This document shows, piece by piece, positions 18,221-28,284 of a stretch of DNA of 64,000 nt (position 1 is its first letter; every line of letters begins with the position of its first letter). The position numbers were made by a program, and so were the translations under genes. The notes below the pieces were generated by a model. It had not been told where the DNA came from. It saw nothing but the letters and a program-made list of their open reading frames with translations, and searched no databases. Origin of the DNA: an uncultured Candidatus Bathyarchaeia archaeon. GTDB lineage: Archaea > Thermoproteota > Bathyarchaeia > Bathyarchaeales > Bathycorpusculaceae. Location of the stretch: NCBI GenBank assembly GCA_964558305.1, contig CAZLCE010000006.1:3231-67230 (forward strand), written 5' to 3'.

Positions 18221-18736
18221 TTATTGCTCCAAATTTTTGGAAAACCAAATGTAGGTCTGGGCTTCTTTAAATCTTAATTTTTTGATGAAGCGTATTCCTG
18301 CTGGATTGTTGCTTTCCACATCCACTATAACGATGCGCACTCCTTTCTCCTTAAACCGCTTCTCCAACTCCCTATACAATCTTCTTCCAACGCCACTTCG
18401 TTGCCTAAGCTTTTTAACGCCTGCCCACAGAAAATAGCCGTATGTCCATGGACTGAAGGGACGTCTCAGAATAGTTCCAATGGCGAATCCGACTATTTTC
18501 TTTGAATTTATGTCATCGGCTACTAGACATAGTTCTGGGTCACTGTTGAAGAGTGATAGCAATTCGTCAACATTCCATGTTCTGTATGTGAATTGCAAAC
18601 TTGACGGAGTGAAAATTTTTTCGCCTAAATGCCAAACTTCTGAGAGGTCTTCTAGAACCATCTGTCTAATTTCAATCTGCAATTTCCTTCTCTTGACACG
18701 TTTACGGCGTATTTTTGCCCTTTTAGGCGATGGCAT
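18221..18736 (-). CDS. GNAT-family N-acetyltransferase
   Basis: 171 aa with an acetyl-CoA motif LRQRSGVGRRLYRELE (RxxGxG) and a basic N-terminal tail. Confidence 0.8.
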   Translation of the reverse strand: MPSPKRAKIRRKRVKRRKLQIEIRQMVLEDLSEVWHLGEKIFTPSSLQFTYRTWNVDELLSLFNSDPELCLVADDINSKKIVGFAIGTILRRPFSPWTYGYFLWAGVKKLRQRSGVGRRLYRELEKRFKEKGVRIVIVDVESNNPAGIRFIKKLRFKEAQTYIWFSKNLEQ

Positions 18737-18821
18737 TATCTTTCTTGTTTTACTTTGGAAAGAGCAAATATAAACTTTTGAAGCCTTTTGCAGTCTTAAT
18801 TATGCTTTTTGTATCGCAAGA

Positions 18822-19844
18822 TTATTTGAAGATTTGGGCGAGAGAAAACAAAACTGCTGTTTCTTCTTTGGCGACTTCTAACAGAATTTTCTTCGCTTCA
18901 TGCACGTTCGCTACGTTTTTGGGCGTCTCCCTCAAAAGTTTGGCGATTGCCGTCCATTTCTGTCCTATTTGATGATAACGTTGTCCCAGTTCAGCGAGTT
19001 TTTCGTTGTTCAATATTTCGCTTGCTTCCTTCAGAAATCTTGAGTAGATGTATCGGAAGAGTCCGCCGCCCGTGCCGTCTTCCTCCATCATTACATAGTT
19101 GACTTCGTAAAGTTGTTTAAACATGGCTTTTTCTGGTGGAAACAGTTTAGGCCATTTGACTATTTCGTCTGCGAAATGGTTTATACCTTTAACGCCGAGG
19201 TTTTTTATAGGAGGGTAAAGCATTGACTTTGCAGTTTTGGCTATTGCGTTTTTTATTGCTGCTTCGATGGGCGTTAGTTTGTCTGGAAACTCGAACGTGA
19301 ACCACTTGTTTTCTGGAGGAAAGGGTTTGAAAGTTGATGAGCGTGCCTCTTCCAATTCCTTTAAAGTCGTTTTTTGTAAATCCTTGAACCCCATGTCTGC
19401 GATATAGGCTATGCAATTATCTTCGTCTATGCCAGCAACCACAACTGCATGAGAGCCAAAATGCGCTTGCTCAGGTAATCCAAGATACTTTAGATATGGC
19501 ATGTCAACAAAAATCATGACTGGAACATTATTGTTTATCAGATCTTTCAAGGTCTCGAAGGCTTTTGTTTTACTTGAGGTTTTGTTGAGTTTTACCTTGA
19601 CTCCCAGATTAAGGCAAAGGTTCTTGTAAAGGTCGCGGGATCGTCCGCCCACAAAAGGATAGGCAGGCAATAGAACCTTGTCACCGTGTTTGCTATGCCA
19701 GTAGATGAAGCCCAAGCCGCTGCCTAAACCAAATATCATTGGCTCAGAAAACTTGAAAACATAAAATTCAAAGATGTCACGCAATGCCGAAGATTCGCAG
19801 TGCACGCCAGGTCTATGAACAAAATTATCAACGAGCTTCAGCAT
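18822..19844 (-). CDS. BtrH_N-like (peptidase-C39-like fold) + DUF4872-type protein
   Basis: 340 aa. The N-terminus HRPGVHCESSALRDIFEFY..GLGSGLGFIYW matches the BtrH N-terminal domain pattern as I recall it. Function unknown. Confidence 0.55.
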   Translation of the reverse strand: MLKLVDNFVHRPGVHCESSALRDIFEFYVFKFSEPMIFGLGSGLGFIYWHSKHGDKVLLPAYPFVGGRSRDLYKNLCLNLGVKVKLNKTSSKTKAFETLKDLINNNVPVMIFVDMPYLKYLGLPEQAHFGSHAVVVAGIDEDNCIAYIADMGFKDLQKTTLKELEEARSSTFKPFPPENKWFTFEFPDKLTPIEAAIKNAIAKTAKSMLYPPIKNLGVKGINHFADEIVKWPKLFPPEKAMFKQLYEVNYVMMEEDGTGGGLFRYIYSRFLKEASEILNNEKLAELGQRYHQIGQKWTAIAKLLRETPKNVANVHEAKKILLEVAKEETAVLFSLAQIFK

Positions 19845-20116
19845 AAAGTTTCACCTCATGGTACTGAATCTTTATGAAGTCCGTATAATTTTTGTTTACC
19901 GAGAGGTTCATTTGATGAAATTATTTGCAGAGTCTTAGCATCCATACGCTTCTTTCAGTAACCAAGTGTATCAAAGGTTCAATCTATTTATAAGGGGGCT
20001 AGACTCTTCAGAGACTATAACAGTTCTGAACAATGCTAAGTCATCCTTTCAAAATGCAAAATGCTTTTACCTATGCTTTCATGCTTATTCTCCTAGCATT
20101 TGGGGTTTAACCGAAC

Positions 20117-22996
20117 TTGAAAGAATCTCCTAAAAACGCCTTTGATTTGCTTGTTAAGCCTGTTCGAAGGCTTGTTGAGCAGAGGGGATTCTCTAAACCT
20201 ACAGAACCGCAAGAGAAAACTATTTCCAAAATTCTTGAGGGAAAAAATGTTCTTCTCATTTCGCCCACTGCTACGGGTAAGACTGAGGCTGCTTTTCTCC
20301 CAGTTTTAAGCATGCTTCTTCAGGGACAGCAAGGAACCCCAGGCATCAAGGTTTTGTATATCACTCCTTTGCGAGCCCTAAACAGGGACATGCTTGAAAG
20401 GCTTGAATGGTGGTGCAACACTCTAGACGTAAAATTGGCTGTTAGACACGGTGACACTGAAACAAAGGAAAGAACGAGACAAGCGAGAAGCCCACCAGAC
20501 ATTTTAATCACGACTCCCGAGACTTTGCAAGCAATTCTTTCCGGCTGGATCATGCGGCAACATCTGCAGCAAGTGCGTTGGGTAATAATAGACGAAGTGC
20601 ATGAAATGGCTGACAGCAAACGTGGAAGCCAGCTGTCCTTGGCTTTGGAAAGGCTTAGGTCAATGATTGATAGAGACTTCCAAATGATAGGGTTGTCTGC
20701 CACCATTGGCAGTCCAGAAAAAGTTGCCCAGTTCCTCGTTGGAAAAGGGCGAAGCGTTGAAATTGTCCGCGTTCCAGTTGCAAGAATGATGCGACTAAAA
20801 ATAGTTTTTCCAAAACCCGAAGCTGAAGATTTCAAGCTTTCTTCAAGGCTTTATACACATCCAGAAGTTGCGGCTAGACTGCGGATAATCCGCGATTACA
20901 TAAGCAAGCACAAATCAGTGCTATTGTTCACGAATACTAGGGCAATATCAGAGGTCTTGGCAAGCAGATTCAAAGTTTGGGACATAGACTTTCCAGTTTC
21001 CATACATCACGGGTCTCTCGCAAAGCCTTCTCGCATAGCTGCTGAAAGAGGATTAAAAAATGGCGAGTTGAAAGGACTTGTTTGCACAAGCAGCCTCGAG
21101 TTAGGCATAGACGTTGGCAGAATAGACTTGGTCATACAGTACATGAGCCCAAGACAAGTTACGAGGCTTATACAGCGTGTGGGCAGAAGCGGTCACAGAA
21201 TCGGACGCATAGCCGAAGGAATAGTCGTTGCAATGGATTCTGATGACACACTTGAAGCCTTAGCCATAGCTGGAAAAGCTCTAAAAGAAGATTTGGAACC
21301 CGTTGAGATTCCGCCGAAGCCTTACGATGCCCTATCACATCAAATAGCGGGATTATTGCTTAAGAATAGAAGACTTGAATTTGACGAAATCTTGGCAATG
21401 TTCAGAAACGCTTACCCATACACGGAGTTAACATTGGAAGATGTTGAAAAAATCCTCAGCTACATGCACCAACGTTTTCCACGCTTAGCATGGGTTTCCT
21501 TCGAAGACAAAGTAGTTTTAAGGCCGCGAAGAACAAAAGCCCTCTTCGAATACTATTTCGACAACCTATCCATGATACCAGAAGAAAAACAATTCTTTGT
21601 AGTTGACGAGTCAAGCGACTCAGCGATAGGAGTTTTAGATGAGGCATTCATGGCTGAATATGGCAAGCCTGGAACAAAATTCATCATCAGAGGAAGCCCA
21701 TGGCAAATTTTACACGTTTCCGAGGAAAAGGTTCATGTGAAACCAGTCGACGACCCCACAGGGGCTATACCAAGCTGGATAGGCGAGGAAATTCCAGTGC
21801 CATTTGAAGTTGCGCAGGAAGTCGGCGCAATTAGGGGTTTTGTTGAAAAACAAATGAAAAATGGGCTTTCGCCAGAAGAAGCAGCCGCTAAATTAAGCGA
21901 ACACTACCCGTCTGACGAAGACACTATTTTGCGTGCGTTAGCCGAAACAATAGAACACGCCAAATCTGGGCTTCCTGTTCCTACGGAAAAACGAATAATA
22001 ATCGAAGACTGGGAAGAATTCGTCATAATTCACGCCAACTTCGGTTCCCTTACGAACAGAGCTCTAGCCCAACTAATAGGTCAAGTATTATCCGAAAAAA
22101 TCGGATACACCATCGTGGTTCAACACGACCCATACCGCATATTCGTACAAACAATGGGAGCCGCAAACGCAGAACAACTAGTCACGTTGTTTGATGAAAT
22201 GCGAGCCATGCCCGACCAAGCAATTAGAGACACGCTAACGAGGGCAACTGTGAAGACTGGACTTTTCAAGAGAAGAATGATTCATGTGGCGCGGCGTTTC
22301 GGAGCCTTAAAGAAGTGGGCAGATTTCAGCAATGTAAGCCTTCAAAGGCTGATTAAAAGTTTTGAGGACACACCCATCTACGATGAAGCTCTAAAGGAAG
22401 TGTTCACGAAGGACTTGGACTTGGAAAAACTTGTTTACATTCTCAGAAAAATTCGTGACGATGAAATTCAAGTTTTGAAAATTGAAACTGGCGGGAATGC
22501 AACGCCTGTTGCTCGTGTGGGTATTGAACGTGTAAGCATGAAAACTGATTTGATTCCTCCTGAAAGGATGCGAGCCGTGCTCATAGAATCTGCAAAAGCA
22601 AGGTTGCTAAACGAAACGTGCAATTTCATCTGCACAAACTGCTGGAATTACATGGAACTAATATGCGCCAAAGATTTGCCAGAAAAGCCAAAGTGTCCAA
22701 GATGCGGTTCCCCAGCCATTGGGCTTCTTAAAGTAGAGGAAGAAAAGGCGCTTCCACTAATTGAAAAGAAAGGCGAAAAACTGGCTAAAGGCGAGGAAAA
22801 ATTGCATAAACAAGCACTCCAAACAGCACAATTGATAGCAAAGTATGGAAAAGTGGCAGCAGTTGCCTTATGTGCCAGAAGGGTTCAGCCATCAGAAGTT
22901 AGTAATGTTCTTGAAGAAGAACCTAAACTCACTGATAGATTCTATGAACTCATCTTAGATGCTGAACGCCAAGCCATGAGCAAAAGATTCTGGTAA
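20117..22996 (+). CDS. lhr: Lhr-like DEAD/DEAH-box (superfamily 2) helicase with a C-terminal Zn-ribbon
   Basis: 959 aa with a TTG start. Motif I SPTATGKT, motif II IIDEVH, motif III SAT, motif VI QRVGRSGHR, and a C-terminal CTNC..CPRCG. Confidence 0.9.
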   Translation: MKESPKNAFDLLVKPVRRLVEQRGFSKPTEPQEKTISKILEGKNVLLISPTATGKTEAAFLPVLSMLLQGQQGTPGIKVLYITPLRALNRDMLERLEWWCNTLDVKLAVRHGDTETKERTRQARSPPDILITTPETLQAILSGWIMRQHLQQVRWVIIDEVHEMADSKRGSQLSLALERLRSMIDRDFQMIGLSATIGSPEKVAQFLVGKGRSVEIVRVPVARMMRLKIVFPKPEAEDFKLSSRLYTHPEVAARLRIIRDYISKHKSVLLFTNTRAISEVLASRFKVWDIDFPVSIHHGSLAKPSRIAAERGLKNGELKGLVCTSSLELGIDVGRIDLVIQYMSPRQVTRLIQRVGRSGHRIGRIAEGIVVAMDSDDTLEALAIAGKALKEDLEPVEIPPKPYDALSHQIAGLLLKNRRLEFDEILAMFRNAYPYTELTLEDVEKILSYMHQRFPRLAWVSFEDKVVLRPRRTKALFEYYFDNLSMIPEEKQFFVVDESSDSAIGVLDEAFMAEYGKPGTKFIIRGSPWQILHVSEEKVHVKPVDDPTGAIPSWIGEEIPVPFEVAQEVGAIRGFVEKQMKNGLSPEEAAAKLSEHYPSDEDTILRALAETIEHAKSGLPVPTEKRIIIEDWEEFVIIHANFGSLTNRALAQLIGQVLSEKIGYTIVVQHDPYRIFVQTMGAANAEQLVTLFDEMRAMPDQAIRDTLTRATVKTGLFKRRMIHVARRFGALKKWADFSNVSLQRLIKSFEDTPIYDEALKEVFTKDLDLEKLVYILRKIRDDEIQVLKIETGGNATPVARVGIERVSMKTDLIPPERMRAVLIESAKARLLNETCNFICTNCWNYMELICAKDLPEKPKCPRCGSPAIGLLKVEEEKALPLIEKKGEKLAKGEEKLHKQALQTAQLIAKYGKVAAVALCARRVQPSEVSNVLEEEPKLTDRFYELILDAERQAMSKRFW

Positions 22997-23755
22997 CATT
23001 TGCGTCTTAACATCTTTTATACTATTTTCTCTTAAGGAAGCGTTTCTTTTGTTCTAATGCTTTTCGCGAAGACTTTAGCCCCTCTATAAATAGGATTGAT
23101 CTTCGAGTTAACAGTATTTGCCTTAATAAGAACTTTGTAACGCTAAAAAAAGGAAACTCCTAGGCAACAGTCCATCGTAATGTGATAAATTTAGCGGGAT
23201 AAATCAAGCGTCCCGGGTTGTCAACAGATGTTAATATGTAGACGATTGAGTCTTGAAACTTATGTGCAAAGAAGTATTGAAGGATAGCAGATACTCGAAG
23301 CTTATTAATGCTAAGCGATTATTTTGCCACTTTGTGACGAAGCAAAAGAGTTTCCTGTATGGCAGGATTAGCCACAAATACTTCAAATTTTAACTCATCT
23401 ATATCTTTATTTGATTTTTTCTCTTGCCTTCTTCTCATTTTTTATCATCTCAAACATGAAGCGGTCTGCATATGATATCGCAAGTCTTAATAAGTATTCC
23501 CATCCAACCGTTCAACTAAACTACACAAAAGGTTCATACACAATACATGCCCAAAAAGACCCTCTAACAAGTGCACAACAAACTCTCAAAAATTAGAAAG
23601 CGCTTCACACCATACTCTACTACTTCTTAACCCTTTAACTTTCTTTAGCGCGCACCAAGTCTGCTTCGCTTGATATGAGGAGAACAGTTTCACCTTCCTT
23701 AATATATAAGGACGACGAGTTTTGCAGTGCAATAATACACGTGTGAATGGTTTCC

Positions 23756-25066
23756 TTATGTCTCTCTCATGTTCTTGAGAATTTCTCCAACATTTTGAAC
23801 TGTGTATCCTATATCTTCGTTGGTATGAGCCACAGAGAGATGACATCTCTTGTTTGCGTGCGGAAGTATGAATATACCCTTTCTCATCATTTCTCTCTGG
23901 AATTTCTTGAATAGTTCTGTGCTAGAGGTCAACGTGTCTCTATAGTCGCGAATTTTCTTTTCTGTAAAAAGAAGTTGAAATACCGACCCAAAACCAACTG
24001 TTTGAGCTCTAAGCTTGAGTTCAGCGATAATCTCATTAATTTGCTTTCTAAGGTTTTCTCCAAGATTGAAAAGCCGTTGACAAGCACCATCTTTCTCTAA
24101 TTCTCTAATTGTAGCCAGAGTTGCAGCCATGCTGATGGGGTTTCCATTAAAAGTTCCCCCATAATCAACCCTTCCTGTAGGTTTAAACATTTCCATGATA
24201 TCTTTTCTTCCACAAACTGCAGCCACAGGAAAACCATTTGCCATCGCTTTTGCAAATGTAGTCAGGTCTGGTGTTACATTGAATAGCTTTTGAGCCCCAC
24301 CTAAATTGTGGCGAAAACCGCTAACTACCTCATCAAATACCAATATGATCTCATATTTCATAGTTATTTCTCTGAGGAACTTTAAGAACCCTTTTTTAGG
24401 GGGAATGCATGTGGCACTTCCGTGAAGAACTGGTTCAGTTATGAGTGCAGCGATATCGTCTTTTTGTTTTTTTATCGTTTTCTCCAAAACTTCAGAATCA
24501 TTGAAGGGAACAACAATTGTGTTTTTGGCAACCTCCATAGAGAGACCATCAGTGTCGGGAACGGGTATCGGGGATTCTCTTGGACCCGCATTTCTTAAGG
24601 ATGGACCTGAGCTGACAGAAACATAGTCGTGCCAACCATGATATGCGCCTTCAAACTTTACAATTTTCCATCTTTTTGTGTAGGCTCGAGCAACACGAAT
24701 AGCATGATAAGTTGCCTCAGTTCCACTGTTACAAAATCTAACCATCTGCGCAGAGGGAACGTACTTTTTGATCTTTTTGGCAACTTCAACTTCTAACTCG
24801 TTGGAAAAGCCATATATTATCCCCTTGTCCAGCTGATTTTTCACCGCAGCAACTACACTAGGGTGCGCATGCCCAAGAACAACGGGACCAAAAGCTAAGT
24901 GATAATCAATGTATTCGTTGCCATCTACGTCGTATATCTTCGCGCCTTTCGCTTTCGATATAAAAATAGGATACGGATCAGAAAATCGCAGTGCACTGTG
25001 AACACCGCCAGGTGTCAGTTTCTTTGCTTCTTCAAAGAGCTTCTTAGATTTGTTCAGCTTTTTCAT
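23756..25066 (-). CDS. Class III PLP-dependent aminotransferase / glutamate-1-semialdehyde-2,1-aminomutase-like
   Basis: 436 aa. LTPGGVHS..YIDYHLAFGPVVLGHAHP..FDEVVSGFR..TTFAKAMANGFP motifs match the GSA-aminomutase-like subgroup. Substrate unknown. Confidence 0.85.
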   Translation of the reverse strand: MKKLNKSKKLFEEAKKLTPGGVHSALRFSDPYPIFISKAKGAKIYDVDGNEYIDYHLAFGPVVLGHAHPSVVAAVKNQLDKGIIYGFSNELEVEVAKKIKKYVPSAQMVRFCNSGTEATYHAIRVARAYTKRWKIVKFEGAYHGWHDYVSVSSGPSLRNAGPRESPIPVPDTDGLSMEVAKNTIVVPFNDSEVLEKTIKKQKDDIAALITEPVLHGSATCIPPKKGFLKFLREITMKYEIILVFDEVVSGFRHNLGGAQKLFNVTPDLTTFAKAMANGFPVAAVCGRKDIMEMFKPTGRVDYGGTFNGNPISMAATLATIRELEKDGACQRLFNLGENLRKQINEIIAELKLRAQTVGFGSVFQLLFTEKKIRDYRDTLTSSTELFKKFQREMMRKGIFILPHANKRCHLSVAHTNEDIGYTVQNVGEILKNMRET

Positions 25067-25081
25067 ACTATTTTCCCTTGA

Positions 25082-26503
25082 TCATTTTGAGTATTTAGCA
25101 TAAGTGTCAAGTATTATCACGAAAGATTTCTCACAGCCTGCCAAGCCTGCAACTTTATCGTTTCCTTCAATGACCAAGTATTCGTCTGGCGAGTGGGCTC
25201 TTCCACCGTGTCCAAGTCCAGCATCGATAAATGGCAGATATAAAGGTCCACGATTAAACAAGTAGTATGGAACACTTGAAGCGGTAATGGGCCAAATTTC
25301 AGGTTTGTATCCTAACTTTTCGTATGCTTGGATTGCAGCTTGAACAATTGGCTCCTTTACGCTTGTCTTAGCCCACTCATAAGGATCCAAAGACTTGACC
25401 GTTATGTCCGTATATCCATGCTTGTCGAGATGCTTGCGGATCTTTTGAATAACTTCTTCTGATTTTTGATCTGGAACTAGTCTCGCATCCATTTTCACTG
25501 TGACTTTATGAGGAAGTACCGTTTTTGATCCAGGCCCAGTGTATCCTCCCCAGATTCCGTCAATGTTTAACGTTGTGGAATACATATATTGCAGGAGAAG
25601 CTCTCTTCCATGCAAGTCATTTATGAATCGCTCCACTTTTGCTTCATGCTTTATTGCTTCTTCGTCGAATGTTTCCACAAGTTTGTCGACGAGTTCGAGG
25701 TCTTCTTTGCTTGGCGGTTTTACGTTTTCGTACCAATCTTCGATGAGAGTTTTGTTTCCGTCTTTTGAGGTCATTGTGGCTAAGGCGTGAATCATTCGCC
25801 ATGCTGGGCTGTCAATCCAAGATTTGTCGCTGCTGTGGATGTCAAATTCCATGGGTCCTCTTCCCCAAGATTTACCGCTGCACTCAAGTTCTACGTATTC
25901 GATTCCTTTCCACCCAAGTCCCATGATCGCTTTTCCTTTCTCGTCTTGGCAAGCGTCAGGTCCAAAGAGAGCATCAGCTTTTAGCATGTCCTTGTGTTCT
26001 TTTACGAACTCTGCGAAATGGGTACTTTCCAATTCTTCGTCTCCTTGCGCCACAAACTTGAGATTCACTGGAATCTCCTCTCCCACGGCTAAAATGGATT
26101 CAAGGGCATTAAGAAAGGCTATTAAGGGTCCTTTAGTATTTATGGCTCCTCTAGCGATGACGCATTTTCCAAATGGTTCAATGTCGACTAGTCTAGCTTC
26201 CAAAGGCGGGCTGGTCCATTTCTCGCCGGTAAATGGCTGGGTATCATACATCATATAAACGAGCAAAGTTTTCTGTGCATGGGCATCATACTCGCCGTAA
26301 ACCACTGGAAAACTCTGGGTTTCTATGAGTCTTGCATTCTTGCATCCGAGTTTCACAAAATAGCTTTTTAAAAGTTCAGCGCACTCTCTGACCCCGTAGT
26401 TTTCTGCTGAAACACTTGGCTGACGCAAAAAATCTTGCAATTTCTTAATGTGTTCATTTAAATGAGCGTCGATATATTTGCTAATTTTTTCAAAATTGAC
26501 CAT
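25082..26503 (-). CDS. M20-family metallopeptidase / amidohydrolase (ArgE/DapE/ACY1/CPG2-like)
   Basis: 473 aa. LRQPSVSAE..PVVYGEY..LLVYMMYDTQP..ARGAINTKGP..GDEE motifs. It is a paralog of 56261-57616. Confidence 0.85.
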   Translation of the reverse strand: MVNFEKISKYIDAHLNEHIKKLQDFLRQPSVSAENYGVRECAELLKSYFVKLGCKNARLIETQSFPVVYGEYDAHAQKTLLVYMMYDTQPFTGEKWTSPPLEARLVDIEPFGKCVIARGAINTKGPLIAFLNALESILAVGEEIPVNLKFVAQGDEELESTHFAEFVKEHKDMLKADALFGPDACQDEKGKAIMGLGWKGIEYVELECSGKSWGRGPMEFDIHSSDKSWIDSPAWRMIHALATMTSKDGNKTLIEDWYENVKPPSKEDLELVDKLVETFDEEAIKHEAKVERFINDLHGRELLLQYMYSTTLNIDGIWGGYTGPGSKTVLPHKVTVKMDARLVPDQKSEEVIQKIRKHLDKHGYTDITVKSLDPYEWAKTSVKEPIVQAAIQAYEKLGYKPEIWPITASSVPYYLFNRGPLYLPFIDAGLGHGGRAHSPDEYLVIEGNDKVAGLAGCEKSFVIILDTYAKYSK

Positions 26504-26566
26504 TTTTCATCTTTTTAAGGTTGTTTCAACTTCCTTTAAAATCTTTCCAGACCTCGGCTTCGTTAG

Positions 26567-26579
26567 GAAAATATTTAAA
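26567..26579 (+). promoter_or_regulatory. Putative BRE/TATA element GAAAATATTTAAA upstream of the D-aminoacylase-MttB1-RACo operon
   Basis: An A-rich BRE-like stretch plus TATTTAAA, ending 20 nt before ATG 26599, which would give a leaderless or near-leaderless transcript. The same 13-mer recurs at 33108-33120. Confidence 0.4.
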
Positions 26580-26598
26580 GTGTGCGAATTAATAGCAG

Positions 26599-28275
26599 AT
26601 GATGGCTCCTATGGCATTTGATATTCTTATCAAAAATGGATTTATCATCGATGGCGCGGGGAATCCTTGGTTCAAAGCAGATGTTGGCGTTTCAAATGGA
26701 AAAATCGCAGAAATTCATGGACTGATTGATGTTAAGGCAGAAAGAGTTTTAGACGTTAATGGGTTAGTGGTTTCCCCAGGTTTTATAGACATTCACACGC
26801 ACTCAGACCTTACACTTTTGATAAATCCCTATGCTGACAGCAAAATTAGGCAAGGTGTTACTACTGAAGTCGTTGGCAACTGTGGTGTGAGTGCAGCACC
26901 GACACGAAAGAGGACTTTAAATTTGCTTAAAGATGAATGGGGTTCTCAGGCTGAGGAAGTTAAATGGAATTGGACCACATTTGACGAATACCTAAGTCGA
27001 TTGGAGCATGGAATATCGGTTAATGTTGCTTCTTTTGTGGGTCACGGCACAGTCAGAACCGCAATCATGGGAGTTAACGATAGACGGCCCACCAGAAAAG
27101 AAATGGAAAAAATGAAGACCTTAGTTGCAGAATCAATGGAAGCTGGAGCCTTTGGCTTATCAAGCGGACTAGTGTATCTACCTGGCTGCTTCGCTGAGAC
27201 TTCAGAATTAATTGAACTTTGCAAAGTAGTAGCCAATTATGGTGGCTTATACACATCTCACATACGAGGTGAAAGAGAGACAATAGTGGATGCGCTGAAA
27301 GAGGCAATAGAAATAGGCGAACGAGCAGGTGTACCAGTGCAAGTATCCCATAACTGCCCAAAATATGGAGGTCATGGAAAGCTCAAAGAAATGTTTGAAA
27401 TTTATGAGAAAGCTAGAGCACGGGGAGTTGAAGTTACTTTAGACAATGATGCACACACAGACCTCAATCCTAGCTTAAGTCAAGTGCTTCCACAATGGGC
27501 ACAAGCAGGTGGAAACAAAAAAATAGTTGAGAGATTAAGGGATCCCAAAACCCGTAAGAAGATCAAAAAAGAGATCATTGAAGATAAGCATCCTGGACCT
27601 GGCTATGTTGGACTCGTAAAACACGGTCGTTGGGATAGAATTTTCTTGTTTCGTTGTAGGAAAAATAAGAATTTGATAGGAAAAAGCTTCAAGGAGATTG
27701 CAAAGATAAGGAGTGCGGATCCATTTGACGCCTTTTTTGACCTGATAATCGAGGAAAAAGGTGACGTGAGTGCTCTTTTTGATTACATTGAAGAGGAAGA
27801 CATCCGCACTCTGCTGAAGCATCCTTTAATGATGGTTTGCAGCGATGGCTTTGCCTCATCTCAACGTGGCGTCTTAAGAAAAATTGAGGGCTATTCACCG
27901 TGCAGCTATGGCGAGTACCCCTACATTCTAGAGAGATACGTTAGAGAAGAGAAAGTTCTATCGCTTCATGAAGCAATCAGAAAAATGACGTCGTTTCCCG
28001 CTCAAAAATTAGGCTTAAAAGATCGCGGTTTGCTCAGAGAGGGCATGTGGGCTGACATGGTCATTTTTAACGCTGGCACCATTAAAGATAAAGCAACAAG
28101 CCGATTCCCGTACAGCTTTCCTTTAGAAAATTATCCACACAAATATCCAGAAGGCATAGAATATGTAATAGTGAACGGAGAAATAGTAGTTGAGAAGGGA
28201 AGACACAGGGGTGTTCTCCCGGGAAAAGTTCTCCGTCACCGAGCGAAGAAAATTTACTTGCGCAAAAAGAGGTGA
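26599..28275 (+). CDS. N-acyl-D-amino-acid deacylase (D-aminoacylase) family amidohydrolase
   Basis: 558 aa. FDILIKNGFIIDGAG..GFIDIHTHSD..VSHNCPK..MVCSDG are typical D-aminoacylase signatures. Confidence 0.85.
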   Translation: MMAPMAFDILIKNGFIIDGAGNPWFKADVGVSNGKIAEIHGLIDVKAERVLDVNGLVVSPGFIDIHTHSDLTLLINPYADSKIRQGVTTEVVGNCGVSAAPTRKRTLNLLKDEWGSQAEEVKWNWTTFDEYLSRLEHGISVNVASFVGHGTVRTAIMGVNDRRPTRKEMEKMKTLVAESMEAGAFGLSSGLVYLPGCFAETSELIELCKVVANYGGLYTSHIRGERETIVDALKEAIEIGERAGVPVQVSHNCPKYGGHGKLKEMFEIYEKARARGVEVTLDNDAHTDLNPSLSQVLPQWAQAGGNKKIVERLRDPKTRKKIKKEIIEDKHPGPGYVGLVKHGRWDRIFLFRCRKNKNLIGKSFKEIAKIRSADPFDAFFDLIIEEKGDVSALFDYIEEEDIRTLLKHPLMMVCSDGFASSQRGVLRKIEGYSPCSYGEYPYILERYVREEKVLSLHEAIRKMTSFPAQKLGLKDRGLLREGMWADMVIFNAGTIKDKATSRFPYSFPLENYPHKYPEGIEYVIVNGEIVVEKGRHRGVLPGKVLRHRAKKIYLRKKR

Positions 28276-28284
28276 AAACCTCAC

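Noticed and set aside
20320-20835. Long antisense or alternative-frame ORFs inside well-supported genes. Examples: 20320-20835, 25824-26258, 35391-35858, 37648-38097, 46385-46888, 47906-48334, 52125-52544, 54548-55000, 62051-62521.
   Set aside because: Each overlaps a gene with strong family motifs. Their translations are low-complexity or Cys/Ser/Leu-rich with no recognisable motifs, which is typical of shadow ORFs.
23319-23438. A 39-aa minus-strand ORF (MRRRQEKKSNKDIDELKFEVFVANPAIQETLLLRHKVAK) in the long non-coding gap, and the 61-aa plus-strand track ORF 23411-23596.
   Set aside because: Neither has a recognisable motif, an upstream SD or TATA element I can point to, or any conservation evidence. 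They are mentioned only within the gap finding.
25082-26503. The two M20 peptidase paralogs (25082-26503 and 56261-57616) as a recent duplication like the dockerin cassette.
   Set aside because: The proteins are clearly diverged, sharing motifs only, and I saw no nucleotide-level identity. This is an ancient paralogy, not a repeat.
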